From the IMG/VR virus record IMGVR_UViG_3300009130_000014, positions 25,607 through 89,606 of that record: 64,000 nucleotides of DNA. One strand, written 5' to 3'. The DNA is from a virus. The notes beneath the pieces were generated by a model that saw only the letters and a list, made by a program, of their open reading frames with translations, was not told the origin of the DNA and ran no database searches. Positions within the stretch are counted from its first letter, which is position 1. Every line of letters begins with the position of its first letter. The position numbers and the translations under genes were made by a program. Of the stretch, positions 10,072 to 22,900 are shown one piece after another.

Positions 10072-12617
10072 GTGGTATAAATAGATTTATGAGTCCTGTA
10101 AAGACTCAGTATCAGCAAACATATGTAGATCAATTCGTTCCTATGCCTTTTGAGCTTATGCAAAGAAGAGCTGAGACAGAACAAAAAAGATTTGATGAAG
10201 TAAGTGATTACTGGGATAAATTACAATCTCAGTTAAAGGCTAAAGTAGACGCTATAGATGATCCTATGAATCAAGAACAGATTCATGCATTACAATCTCA
10301 AGTAGAAGATGCTCTAGGTACAGCTAATGGAGATTGGAGAAAACTAGATAATGTAGTAAAGAATGCATCAAAGTCATGGAATAACTATATAAATTCAGAA
10401 CACGGAGCCTTAGCTACATCTAACAAAACGGCTATGGATGCTAATTCTAAACGTATTATAGATAGCAAGATGTCAGGAGAAATGAAAGATTTATATTCTC
10501 AAGCAGCATTAATAAATTACAGAAGAACAGGAGGAGCCTTGACTGGAGCCACTTATGAAAACTTTGAACCTTCTAAAGATATAGATCATCTATTTCAAAA
10601 AGTTGCAGATAATTTATACAAGCTTACTCCTGATAAAATTGCAGCGGCCAACTATGCTTATGAAGATAAAGGAAAGACTTTATTGAACTTTAAAACTATC
10701 AATGAGAATCTATCAGTATCAGATATAAGAAAAATGTCTGAATCTACTGTATATGCAGATGAAGCATGGAGGGATAAAACTACTAAAGATTTAAAAGTAT
10801 TAAAAACATTAGGGTATATTCCTGAAATGACTTTAGATGAATATAGAAAAGCTGTATACGAAAGAGACTTTTTAGGAAAATTTGATGCCATAGCCTTTAA
10901 CAAACATGATGAAACTCTTAATGCTAAACAAACTAAAGCAGGAGAGTTAAGTGATGAAGAAAACTTTAGATCACCTATTGTTGATTTTTCATTTAAAAAT
11001 AGATTTAATACAGGTGATAAAGGACTAAGTGAATTATCCAATGCAGGCAATGACGGTAATAAAGTTTTAGAATCTCAATCTCAAGCTATAGTAGGTTCTA
11101 CTTTAAATACTGTTATGGGGAAACTTAACTTAAAACCTCAGCAGTTCAATGAATTAATGAGAGACAAAGGATATGGAACTATAAAGGATGGCATCTTTGA
11201 ATCTTCTTTAGCTCAACAAAAAGATTTCTTAAATGCTCTTATTTCTAACCCAGAATCAATAGGATTGGATTTAAGTAAATCTATGTATAAAGAACTTAGC
11301 AATACCGCTAGACTTACTAGAAAGCAGCTAAACGATAATGAAAATTTACAGTTAGAGATACTTGAAGAAATAGTAGAAATAGGTGATGCTGTAGACGGGG
11401 TAACACTTTCTAAAGAAGAATTTGAAGCATATGAAAAATCTGTTAAAGATAGACAAAAGGGTATCGAAGAACTATCTAATATAATAGCAGATCCGGAAAG
11501 GTCTAAGGAAGAAATAGATGCTGCAAAAGCCCTTTTAAATTATGATGATTTAGGATCAACGAGCCCTAAAGAAACGGACAAGTTACTTAATATTCTAAAA
11601 GGTAATAATCCAACATTTTATAATATAGTGAAAGCTGGATTCTTAGGAACTTCCAATACCTCTGCGGCTGCCATTCATAGTGCGAATAACTATGATCCTT
11701 CTGATATAGAAAATTTAACACCTGCTCAGAAAATAGCATACAAGGCTAACAAGATTAAAAATTCAAATAAGTTTGGTAAAACATTATCTAATAGGGCAGA
11801 AGACGTAAAAAATGCTCAATCCATGAGACAGTTTAGAGGCAAGTTTTATATATATGATCAACAGGGCAAAATAGATGAAACTGCTACTAATAGATTAACT
11901 AAAGATATCAATCAAGCATTTAAAGATAAAAGAGAAAATTTCTTAAATGTGAATGTAACTCGTAAAGAGGGTAAAGAGAATGTTACTATGCCTTTACGTG
12001 AAGCTATAAAAACAGATGTTTCATTAGACTATCCTGACATACAACCTGATGAATTAGCGAAAAGAGTAGAGAAAAGAATAGATGAGATTTTTGATTCAAA
12101 ACAACCTTTGTCTTTTGGAAGCACAGATTTTAATGAAATGAGCATAGGAGGGAAATATCTTCTTAAGTCAGGAAAAAACGAAGACTTTCAATCTACCATG
12201 GATGAATTAATTCCTTCGGAGACCAAGGCCATCATACATAAAAATAGTATTATATCAAGAGCAGTTGAAAGTATACATGGCAAATCCTATATTACACCTG
12301 AAGTAACATTAAGGACTAATAAATTAGGAGTTGGAGAAAAACCCGGAAGTGTATCGGATCAAGTTGCTAGTGGAGGTAATTATGAAATAGTTATTGATTA
12401 TTCAGCTTTACCTGAAGGTCACTCATATAAAAAATTAGGTAGAGATTTAGTTCTTGGTAAAGAAGAAAGTAATAAACTCCTTAATAAAATATCTACTATG
12501 AAAGCTGATGCTGATTCTATGAAAGGTTATTATAAAACACCTTCAGGAGATTATATTCCTGTAGAAGATGCTATAAAAGAGTATGTTAAATTATATACTG
12601 AAGATATTACAAAATAA
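10068..12617 (+). CDS. Ejected cargo protein 2
   Basis: N-terminal 'NRF...YVDQFVPMPFE', helical composition, no Cys; position in the cargo cluster. Confidence 0.55.
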   Translation: MSGINRFMSPVKTQYQQTYVDQFVPMPFELMQRRAETEQKRFDEVSDYWDKLQSQLKAKVDAIDDPMNQEQIHALQSQVEDALGTANGDWRKLDNVVKNASKSWNNYINSEHGALATSNKTAMDANSKRIIDSKMSGEMKDLYSQAALINYRRTGGALTGATYENFEPSKDIDHLFQKVADNLYKLTPDKIAAANYAYEDKGKTLLNFKTINENLSVSDIRKMSESTVYADEAWRDKTTKDLKVLKTLGYIPEMTLDEYRKAVYERDFLGKFDAIAFNKHDETLNAKQTKAGELSDEENFRSPIVDFSFKNRFNTGDKGLSELSNAGNDGNKVLESQSQAIVGSTLNTVMGKLNLKPQQFNELMRDKGYGTIKDGIFESSLAQQKDFLNALISNPESIGLDLSKSMYKELSNTARLTRKQLNDNENLQLEILEEIVEIGDAVDGVTLSKEEFEAYEKSVKDRQKGIEELSNIIADPERSKEEIDAAKALLNYDDLGSTSPKETDKLLNILKGNNPTFYNIVKAGFLGTSNTSAAAIHSANNYDPSDIENLTPAQKIAYKANKIKNSNKFGKTLSNRAEDVKNAQSMRQFRGKFYIYDQQGKIDETATNRLTKDINQAFKDKRENFLNVNVTRKEGKENVTMPLREAIKTDVSLDYPDIQPDELAKRVEKRIDEIFDSKQPLSFGSTDFNEMSIGGKYLLKSGKNEDFQSTMDELIPSETKAIIHKNSIISRAVESIHGKSYITPEVTLRTNKLGVGEKPGSVSDQVASGGNYEIVIDYSALPEGHSYKKLGRDLVLGKEESNKLLNKISTMKADADSMKGYYKTPSGDYIPVEDAIKEYVKLYTEDITK

Positions 12618-12622
12618 TAATT

Positions 12623-15600
12623 ATGCCGGGAGATAATAATTTAGAAGCATGGGATTCACATATACAATCTCAGCATGCAAATACTAAAAATACTAGTAAT
12701 GAAGAAGCTGTCGCGTCCATTATGGACCAAAAAGATTTTTCTAGAGTATCCTATTCAGATAATCAATTAAGTGAAATAGCAGATAAGGGAATAGATCCTT
12801 TTGATGCTTACCAAAATAACTTTGATTTAAACAAAGAACTGTATGAAAGACAATCTGGACGTGAAGCTTTAACCAGAGCAGTAACTAACGGATTACATAA
12901 AGGATTATACTCTGTTGCTGAAAATACAGGTTATATGTTAGATATACCTCAATGGTTTCAGAACTTTGATAAATTCGACAACGATACTTCAAATTGGCTA
13001 TCGGAATGGGCTGCAGAACAAAAGCAAGAAATATCAGATGAAGCTCCTATATATTCCGAGGATATGTGGGATTTTGGATTTTGGGCTCAGATGACAGAAT
13101 CTACAGTAGATAGCGGATTAGGATTTGCACTGCCTGGAGCAGGAGCTGGTAAGCTTATAGGGACTGCAGGTAAAGCTGTCGCTAAAATACTACAAGCCAA
13201 AAAGGGAATAGATGCAGCTAGAGCTATGAATATAACTTCTAGGGTAGCTACTTCCATGCTTACTAATTACGCAGAATCTCAAATGATGGGGCAGGAATTA
13301 TATAAGAATATATATAATGAGGCCATAAAAAAAGGAGTAGATGCTGAAGAGGCTAAAAGAGTAGCTAATGAAGAAAAGCATAACTTTAGAATGTCTAATC
13401 TTTTTAATGTTGCTACAGATTATATTACATTAGGTAGAGCATTGGGGCCTAAAGCGGCTCTTACAGGAGGTGCTCAGAAAGGTAAGCTTGGTCTAGGTAA
13501 AGAGTTAGCTAAGCAAATGTCCGGAGAAGCTTTTGAAGAAGTTACAGGAGATTTCTTACAAAAAGAAGCTGAAAGAAGAGGGGGTATTAAATTAGGAACT
13601 AAAAAGAAAGACGATAGTTCTTTTTTAGGAAGAGCTTTTCAATTTGCAGTTTCAGATGAAGGTATTACTTCTGCAGTAGGAGGTTTAATGGGAGGCCCTG
13701 CTCAATCTTTAATGACAGGGGGTGCTTCTAAATTAGCCAAAGCTAGTTATGATAAAATGGGCTGGTCCGAATTAGAAAAGGAATTAGGTGAATATAAAGG
13801 TAATGCTCCCACTTTAGATGAACATGGATTAACGTCTGAAGATTTACAAACAATGGATCCTAAATTAACACTAAAGGATCATCTATTAACTATTAAACCT
13901 GAATTAAAAAATGACCCTGTTAAATTAAGTAAGGCGCTAGACGATCACAAAACAGCTTATGCTAAATATTCTCAGGATTATGATAAATTAAAATCAGAAA
14001 GGGAAGGTAAATCTCACCAAGTAAAGAAGTACAAAGAAGCTTTAAAACGTCATGAGGGGAATAAAAAAGCTCATGATGATGAAAGAGACCGTATAAAAAA
14101 AGATAACGAAAAAAGATTACAGGCTCGTAATACAGGTAAGATAGAGCAGACAAAAAGAGATGTCTCTAATTTCATTTCTCAGGATGTAGCATTTGAAGCA
14201 GAATATCTTGATGCATTAGAAAATGCGGATGTAGAAAAGATGAAAGCGGTAGAAAGTGAAAGATTCGAAAATATGTTTATAAGATATGCTAACAAACAAG
14301 CTGTCTTTCAGGAACATAAAGGAGATGGTTCTCTAGAAACTAGATTATTAGCGTATGCGGAGGACGAAAATGCCACAGAAGAGCAAAGAAAAAATGCAAC
14401 AAAAGCTTTATCCAAGCTAGAAGATTTAAGTGATCAGTATTATGATTTATTTAAAAGACATTCAGATAAGCCTCAAACAATGCAAAGAGCTTGGGAAACA
14501 AGATCTAGAATTAACGCATTAGAAGAAGTTTCTGAACAAATTAATAACAAAGAAGAAAAAATCACTTCTGATATAATTAAAAGTATTGAAAAAACTGGTG
14601 GTGAAATTTCAACTTCTGATATGGAAGCTGTAAAATTAACTAGAGAAATAAAAGGTCTTAGTAAAGCATTAGAGGTTGAATCCAGGTTAGAAGGTGTTAA
14701 AAATAGATTAAACAATAGAAAAAAAGAACTAGAGTCTAAACTATCTAAAATAGAAACCCCTAATACTAAATTAATATTACAATCAGAGAAGTTGGATTCT
14801 TTATATGATCTTTTATCTAAGAAACAAGATGTATTAAACACTAAAGATTTTTATTCTGAGTACTATAAAAGGTTTACTAAAGAAGGTTCAAAAGAACTAT
14901 TAAAAGAAAATAAAAATTTAATTCAGAATACCATATTAAAAACTTCTTTGGAGCATATGGATATAATCCCTACTATCATAAGCAGTAGAGATTTAAATCC
15001 AAAAGATAGAGAATTTCTATTAGATGTTTATAGTAAAAGAAAGGAGTTTCTAGAAAGGCAAGAAGTTAAAAATAAAGAAACATTAGAAAGAGCTAAGATT
15101 AGAAGAAAAGCCGCTTCTCAGTTAAAACAACAACTTGTTTCTCTTCGAGATATAGAGAATAAAGGAGAAGATAACAGAAAGGCTGACATAGAACAACAAG
15201 AAGCGATTATCCAAGAACAGGACGAAATCATAAAAGAACTAGATTCTGAATTTAATATTGAAAGTGAGATAGTAGATGATGCTATATTAGAATTTGATAG
15301 GAAATTAGAGGAAGGGCTTACTCCTACAGTATCAGATACATCTGAGTTATCCAAAGAGACTGACAATGAAGAAGTTAGAAATGCGGCATTGAATGCAGTA
15401 GCGGATAATAATGTAAACGAGCCTATAAAAGAGCCTTCTATCGCTCCTCGTCATTTACCTGATGGAGATAATCAACTTTCTATATCCCCTACTATTAATG
15501 ATGCAAATGACAGCAACAAAGAGGCTAGCGATTTATCATTGGCTTATATATCCGGAACTGATAACGATCCTTATTGGATTAACAATAGCGATTCTGCTAT

Positions 15601-16936
15601 AGCAGATTGGGTAGAAAATCCTGCCGTCAATGGAGTAGGACATTCTATGAGTATAGAAGTTGATCCAGAGTTTGATAGCAAAGATCCTAACCAAAGAGGT
15701 TACCGTTATTATGTTTTAAATAAAGAAGGAAATAAAATAAAATTAGGAGGTAAATATGTGTATGGATGGCTCCGAGTACCTAAAGGAGATTCCCCTTCCG
15801 ATAAAGCATTAAAATCATATAGGTCTAAATTAGATAAAGAATTGAAACAAGGGACTTTAGATAAAAATAGACCTAAGATTGATTATATAAGTAATGGGGT
15901 TTTAATGCAAGAAAAAGGTCTTAGAAATAATATTCTTGAAAAACTAAATAAAGAAGGAAAAGATCTTACTCTTACTATAAAGCAAGGTGTAGAATACATA
16001 GAAAGCCTTTCAGACGAAGGAGGTGTTTCTTTTACTAAAGAAGACGGTAAAACATTAACATCTAAAAATGAAAAAGGAGAAGGGTTTCTTCATGCTATGA
16101 TTAAAACTGCAAGCGGAAAAGATTTCCCTTTAAGAATGAACTCTAGAAAGTTAAATGAATCTGAAGTAGACGCTATTTATAATATATATAAAGATTTCTT
16201 TAAAGGAGCTTCATCTAAAAGTCGAATTAACAGTAAACATATAAAAGGTAATATATCATATAAAGAAGCTTTAGATTTATTGATATTTGAAGGACCTAAA
16301 TCAATAGCTACAGACTATCCTATTTTCTTTGAGTTTAAGGATAAAAAAGCAAAAACCCCGTCTAGATTAATATTAGGAGATAATCTAGATTCTCCAATAA
16401 CAGATATTGTAGCAGAGGAACAACGTGTTAAGGACTATTTATCTAAGATGTGGAGAACTCATCAGATGGATATGATCAACAAGGACATGCAAGTTAAAGG
16501 TGAGATAGAATGGTTCGATTCTAAAATTAACTCCTCTACTCATTATAATGAATTTCTATTTAACGAAGGAGCCGCTTCTACTAATGCTGTTATCCCACAA
16601 GGTATATTCTTTACGAGACCTATAATAAGATTAAATGATTCAAGTGAATGGGGATTTAGCAAAGGTTCTAAAAGCAAAGTTAAAGTGACAGTCCCTTCTG
16701 AGAATGCAGCATTTACTGAATCAGACGGAGGTCCTGTCCTAGATTTTAATAAGATAGTAAAAAGTAAATCTGAAACACAGCAACCTTCATCTAGTGTTGA
16801 AGTTAAAAAAGTAGATTCTTTTAAAGAACAACAACCTGAAAGCGAACCTGCCAGAAGGAGGAGGTCTCCAGGATTAAAAAAGACATTTAATTCTGATAGT
16901 ACAGAGGAAGCAATGACAGAAGAAAATTGCGAATAA
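12623..16936 (+). CDS. Large cargo protein upstream of virion RNAP (phi14:2 gp65-like position)
   Basis: 1437 aa; Gly/Ala-rich membrane-insertion-like segments near the N-terminus, long coiled coil; a single Cys at the penultimate residue. Confidence 0.55.
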   Translation: MPGDNNLEAWDSHIQSQHANTKNTSNEEAVASIMDQKDFSRVSYSDNQLSEIADKGIDPFDAYQNNFDLNKELYERQSGREALTRAVTNGLHKGLYSVAENTGYMLDIPQWFQNFDKFDNDTSNWLSEWAAEQKQEISDEAPIYSEDMWDFGFWAQMTESTVDSGLGFALPGAGAGKLIGTAGKAVAKILQAKKGIDAARAMNITSRVATSMLTNYAESQMMGQELYKNIYNEAIKKGVDAEEAKRVANEEKHNFRMSNLFNVATDYITLGRALGPKAALTGGAQKGKLGLGKELAKQMSGEAFEEVTGDFLQKEAERRGGIKLGTKKKDDSSFLGRAFQFAVSDEGITSAVGGLMGGPAQSLMTGGASKLAKASYDKMGWSELEKELGEYKGNAPTLDEHGLTSEDLQTMDPKLTLKDHLLTIKPELKNDPVKLSKALDDHKTAYAKYSQDYDKLKSEREGKSHQVKKYKEALKRHEGNKKAHDDERDRIKKDNEKRLQARNTGKIEQTKRDVSNFISQDVAFEAEYLDALENADVEKMKAVESERFENMFIRYANKQAVFQEHKGDGSLETRLLAYAEDENATEEQRKNATKALSKLEDLSDQYYDLFKRHSDKPQTMQRAWETRSRINALEEVSEQINNKEEKITSDIIKSIEKTGGEISTSDMEAVKLTREIKGLSKALEVESRLEGVKNRLNNRKKELESKLSKIETPNTKLILQSEKLDSLYDLLSKKQDVLNTKDFYSEYYKRFTKEGSKELLKENKNLIQNTILKTSLEHMDIIPTIISSRDLNPKDREFLLDVYSKRKEFLERQEVKNKETLERAKIRRKAASQLKQQLVSLRDIENKGEDNRKADIEQQEAIIQEQDEIIKELDSEFNIESEIVDDAILEFDRKLEEGLTPTVSDTSELSKETDNEEVRNAALNAVADNNVNEPIKEPSIAPRHLPDGDNQLSISPTINDANDSNKEASDLSLAYISGTDNDPYWINNSDSAIADWVENPAVNGVGHSMSIEVDPEFDSKDPNQRGYRYYVLNKEGNKIKLGGKYVYGWLRVPKGDSPSDKALKSYRSKLDKELKQGTLDKNRPKIDYISNGVLMQEKGLRNNILEKLNKEGKDLTLTIKQGVEYIESLSDEGGVSFTKEDGKTLTSKNEKGEGFLHAMIKTASGKDFPLRMNSRKLNESEVDAIYNIYKDFFKGASSKSRINSKHIKGNISYKEALDLLIFEGPKSIATDYPIFFEFKDKKAKTPSRLILGDNLDSPITDIVAEEQRVKDYLSKMWRTHQMDMINKDMQVKGEIEWFDSKINSSTHYNEFLFNEGAASTNAVIPQGIFFTRPIIRLNDSSEWGFSKGSKSKVKVTVPSENAAFTESDGGPVLDFNKIVKSKSETQQPSSSVEVKKVDSFKEQQPESEPARRRRSPGLKKTFNSDSTEEAMTEENCE

Positions 16937-16971
16937 CTTTAATTTTACTTAATTTTATAAAAAGATAAAGA

Positions 16972-19900
16972 ATGGCTTGTACATATAATTATAAAGGAAC
17001 TCAGTATACTCAAGAAGAATATATCGAACTACTAAAAGAAAGTAATAAAACTTTAAATGATGAAATTTCTCATATAAAAGAATTACTACCGAATGCCCCT
17101 GTTAATATCGTTAACGGATTGTTACAAATCCCAGGTGGTTTTGCAGAAGGAGTGTTTGATAAAAACATGATTATACTAAGTGATGAGGCAGAAAGTGGAA
17201 CTGCTTATCATGAAGCGTTCCATTATGTTTCTCAACTTTATTTAAGCCCAGAAGGAAGAAGAAAGCTATATGATTCTTTTAAAGGATCTGTTAATATATC
17301 AGATGCTCAAGTAGAAGAATTACTTGCTGATCAATTTTCAGATTATATGAAAGGTAGAGTAAGCACTAAGCTTCATCCTGTAGTAGAATATTTCTATAAC
17401 CTGTTACAAGATTTCCTTAACTTATTTAGAAATGAAAAAAATAAAATATTTAATAACATATCTAGAGGGAAATATTCATATAAACCTACAAGTCATTCAG
17501 AATCAGTTCTTTATAAAAAATCAGAAAATTTAAAAGGTTTATCTGAAGAATGGGTAAATGACATGGTTCAGTATATGAGTATGTCTATGGTAGAATATTC
17601 AGGGATCATAGCCGATGCAAGTGAAGGGGTAAATGATTTAGAAATAATATCCGATCAAATATATAATGATATATTTGACGCATATGAAAAGGCAAAAGCC
17701 GACGGTAATTCTGATATAGCAGGTCACTTATACATAGCCACACAAGAAGGTAAATTTGAAGATTTAATAGATTTAGCTAAAAAAAGATTATCTCAGTTTA
17801 AGATAGCAGAGGAAATTAAAAAGAAAGAATCACTAAACGAAGAGGCAAAAGAAGAAAACCTTTCTGGAGATCTTGGTTTAACTAGTTCTTTGAATATATC
17901 CGCAAAAAATAATGCAAGGGCGGAGACAAGAATGATGTTAACATTCTTACAAGATTCTAGCTATGATTCTAAATTCTTTGGAGATTATATAAAAGCACCT
18001 TTAGATTTTTCTAAAAACTGGAACATATTAAGCAAGGAGTTATCAGGAATAGTAAGTACTAATGAAGAGACAGAAGGTCAGTTAATGTTAAAAAAGGTTA
18101 AGTCTTTATCAAAAACTCACCCTCAGTTTAAAACATTATATTCTATGTTAACTAGTGATGAGGTATTAGATTCTACTAAAACTAAATTCTATTCTTCTTT
18201 CTCTAATGGTAGGATAGATTATATAGGAGGTATTATACAACATCATAAGTCTAAAGCAGGTAAGGACACTAGTATTTATAAGCAGACTACAGGAGATGAA
18301 CAAAGTGTTTCTAAAACGTTGATAAAAGAAGGCGTTAGTTCTTTTATAGATATATATGGAGAGAAACCTGATTTGGAAAGAATGACTGCTGCAGCAAAAG
18401 CTTTACACCAAATATCAAAAGCGGTAGATGATTCTTTTAATACTAACGATAAAGAAATACCTAACGAGTTAATAGATCAGATTATATATAAAACATTGCC
18501 TAGTTTTTTCAATAGGCTAGGTCTAAACATATCAGGGAATGCTATAGCAGATTATGCAAATACTAAAAGTTCAGATAAAAGCATCCAATTAAAGAAGCTT
18601 ATGAAAGAGCTTTCTTATGCTATATATCCTAAAACAGGACATAAGGATTTTTCTAAATTAAGAACTACTAAGTACGACGGAGAAACATTATATGGATCTC
18701 ATGTTAAAGGATTTGATGCGGATAAGAATTTCATTAATAATACTTCAATAATGAAAAACTTATTTAAACATCAAGCTACTTATAGTGATTTACCAGGAGA
18801 CAATTCTGTTTTAGGTCCTGACGGGAATATGTATTATAAGGAAACGCAAAATAGTATGGCTGTTAAAACTCTTCAGCGTTTTAAAAACGGAGAGCTTTTT
18901 GATCAAATGTTAAACAGCAGATACCATAGATATTCTGAACTACTTAAAAAGGTAGCAAAAGATTATGAAGCTTCTAAAAATAACCCAAATGCCTTTTCTT
19001 TAAACTTAAGAACTTTCTTATTTAATAAGACAGAAGGAGAGGCTGGATCGGAAGCTACAGGAAAGGATATATTAAGTTTGGACGAACAGCTTGATAGAAT
19101 GAATAAAGTACTAAGAGGATCTGTCGCTAAGGGTAAGTCTATATACACTATCCTTACCATGGCTGATAAAAGTACTATACATCATTTAGCAGGAGCAGGG
19201 TTTGAGCGTTTTTCATATAATGAAGATAATACAACAGCGGTTGATAAATTTTATAATTATGCTCTTGCTGAGATAGAACGAATATCAATGAGTCTCAGAG
19301 ATGACTCTGTTTCCACCATAGATTTTTATGGCACAAAAGATAATAATTTAAAATCTTTCTGGTTTCCAGAACTTTCTAAAGATGGAAATTTAGCAAAAGA
19401 AATAAACTTATATAACGAAGACGGTACCGCTAATACTCTAGCGTCAGCAGAACGTATAAAAGACTATATAGAGTCAGTATTAGATGAAAGAATTAAAGCA
19501 GAAGAGTCTTACATATCAGACGCATTACGTGATGAAGATGGATATATTAAAGGTATAGACAGAGACATACAAAATGAATATAGGATACTAGAAGGCGATA
19601 AACTTGTAAAAGACTCTGAGGATGGTTATACATATAAAGACGGTATGTCGGATCTTATTTCAGATTACGCACTTAATTCAATAATTAAAAATATTGAGTT
19701 TACTATGTTATTTACAGGAGACCCTGCATTTTATAAAGATTTATCAAAACGTACCCCTGCTACTATCGCTACAGGGTATGATTTAATATTGGATAATATA
19801 AGAAGAAAGTTCAAAGTAGCAGTAGGGTCTGATATAGAACTACAATCATCTTTGTATGACGAATATAAAAAATACTTTGAAGATAATAACTTAGACCCTG

Positions 19901-22900
19901 ATGTATTAGCTCCTTATGATAAAAATGAGGATCTTGGTAGAGACGGAGTAAATCAAGCAGATGCTCAAGGATATATAACACCTGAAAGGTTTAAAGAAAT
20001 AGCCATCGGATTAGGGAAATGGGAAAAGACTAAGCATGATAAAATATTCAAAGCTTTAAACGAAGGAAGTACTGATCGAGATTACCTTCTTGAAATTCAA
20101 AAACTAATAACTGAAATGGGAGTTCCTGAAGGTCAACCTCTTAAAGGAATGCATTTTGAATTAGTTAAAGACGGAGATGTTATGAGACCTGTTTATTTAA
20201 AATACTCTCAGGCAGTATTATGGCCGGGTGTTATAAAAGGTACTAAACTAGTAAAGTTAGCTTCTGCTATGAAATCTAGTAAGACTGACGAATTTGTATT
20301 TAAAAGTGGAGTTAAGGTAGGTTCAAAAGATGTTTCAACTATAGATTTTAATAATATAAAACTATCTCCTTTTGAACTAGATAATTTTTATTGGAAACTT
20401 CAACAAGATCTCCCTTCTAAATATCATAAAAAAGGAAGAGCTCTTGTAGGTTCACAGCCTAAAAAAAATATCATAGCTAATATAACAGATAGGATGATTG
20501 GAGACAGAGAAGGTCGTGAGGTAGCGCAAGATGTACATAGAATAGAAGGAATGCTTTCTGATATAGAAAAGGATATTCTAGATTCTAAATGGGGAGTAAG
20601 GAATAATAAAGCAAACAAAGATTATATCTTAAAAGATTTAATAGAAGGGTTTAGAGAAGAAGATATCCCTGAAAATATTATAGAAATGGCTGAGGCAGGT
20701 GTTCCTTTAGACATGATCTTACAGAGATCTACTCAGATTGATTCCATGCTTCATTCTAAAATAACTAAAGCAGTAGTTAAGTTAAAGAGTCCGGGAGGAG
20801 CTTTTGTCCAAATGTCTAATGCAGGTTTTTCTAAAATGACAGGAATCTCAGATCTTACCGACTTACCTTTAGATGATTTAAATGGGGTAATTCACTTAAA
20901 GAATGTAGACGAATTAAAAGGTCCTAGAAAAGTAAATGGAGTTACGGTTCCGGGAGATGTTTATCTGCCCCATAGTGTTATTTCTGATTTATTTGAAGCA
21001 AAGCCCGAGTTAAACGATAAGCTAAAAGCAGGAACTTTAAAAGGTAGTGATGTAGCTGAATATTTAGGCGATACCATAGAGAATCTTATAGGATATCGTA
21101 TTCCTAACCAAGGGATGTCGTCTATTGATGTATTAAATATTGCAGGTATACTACCTCCTCATATGGGCGATACTATAGTAACCTATACAGAAATTACAGC
21201 TAAAACAGGTTCCGATTTTGATATTGATAAAATGTATGTAATGATGCCACATACAAAATATAATAAAAAAACCGGATTGATGGAAGTTATAGATATGGAT
21301 TCAGATGAACTATATTTTCAGATACACGATTTAAAAAAGAAATTAAAAGAAGGTAGGGGCGAAGTAGGAAATAAAAAACTTCAACAAGCTATATCTTCTA
21401 AAACAGAACTATTAAAAAAGGCTTTAGAGAACGAAAGAATCAAAATATGGGGAGAAATTCTATTAGCAGACGCTACATATGGAGATTTAGTTACCCCTCT
21501 TGATTCAGAGTTTTTAAAAGACGATGCATATTATATCTCATTCTTAGAAGAAATAAGAAAAAACCCAGGAGAAGTTTCTGGTATATTAGATATGAGAATC
21601 GAAGATGTATTAAAGAGTTCTAATAGAATGGAACTTTCTAAAAAATATTTTAAGAATAAACCTGTTAAGGCTTTAGAATTTGCAAGTCCTTCTTATCAAT
21701 TAGAGGTTAAGAAAAGAAACATGGCAGGTAAAGCAGGTGTAGGTCAAACAGCCAATCACCTTACTCATCATGCACTAGCTCAAGAAGCAGAACTTTACTT
21801 GAAGTATAGTTTAGGGGTAGGTAACCAAGTGAGTAACCAAGATGGTAACCTAGTGGATTTGAGCGGTACCGATGTAGAAGAAAATGCTAATACTCAACCA
21901 AAAAGAACTATAACAGGAGTTATATCGGCTTGGTTAAATGCCTATGTAGATAATGCAAAAGATCCTTATATCAGTTTAATTAATAATAATACAAAGACTG
22001 CCAATACTGTATTTCTTATGTTACGTGCAGGAGTTAGTCCTGAATTTGTTAATAGATTTATAAGCCAGCCTCTTATTAAAGAATATATTGAAACTGAATT
22101 TGAATCAGATAATAATGCGGTAGATACTATTTTTAAAGTAGGTAAAACTAATAAGGTTGTTGAAGGAGTTGTATCTTCTGTAGATAGCGGTACAGAAACA
22201 TCTTTTCAAAAAGTTACTAATAATTCTGAAGATACAAGTGTAGCAGATTTAAGATCTTTTGATATAATAAGCTTAGAGGATCAAATTTTAAACTACGATG
22301 AAGCAAGTCCTACTCAAATTAGTCTATTAAATAAATTCTTAGAAATTCAAGATGCTGCAAATAAACTTAACGAAGCAGTAAAAGCTAGTAAAGCAGATAC
22401 AGAGGGAACTTACGGGAACAGTGCCGGTAACTTTATAGCACGTCAGAGAAAGAAATCAGTTGAATCAGAAGGGTTTGTAGGAAACTTTAGTAAATTATTT
22501 GATGGGACTATGTTAGGTGTATTTCATGATAATAGTGTAGAAAATGCTAAAAATGTATTAAGTGGACTCACTATATTAAAAACACCTTTTGCAGAAAAAT
22601 CAGTAAAAGATATTGCTTATATAACAGGTTTAAATAAAGATGGATTTGTAACTAATGAGAAATTAGTCAATAAAGTATATTCGGGGTTGAAAACTTACAT
22701 GTACGGTAAGTATGCGGGTTTTGATATTAACGATGCTACAAGAAGGGTTATATTAAAGCGAACTCCTGAATTTTTAATGCAGTTAAAACAATCACATCCT
22801 AATAATCCTCTTGTGAAAGCACTGACTCCTGTTCAAACTAAAGAAGGACTTAAGATATCTCTTCGATCTAAAGTTAAATCAGGATATGAATCTGATGTAT

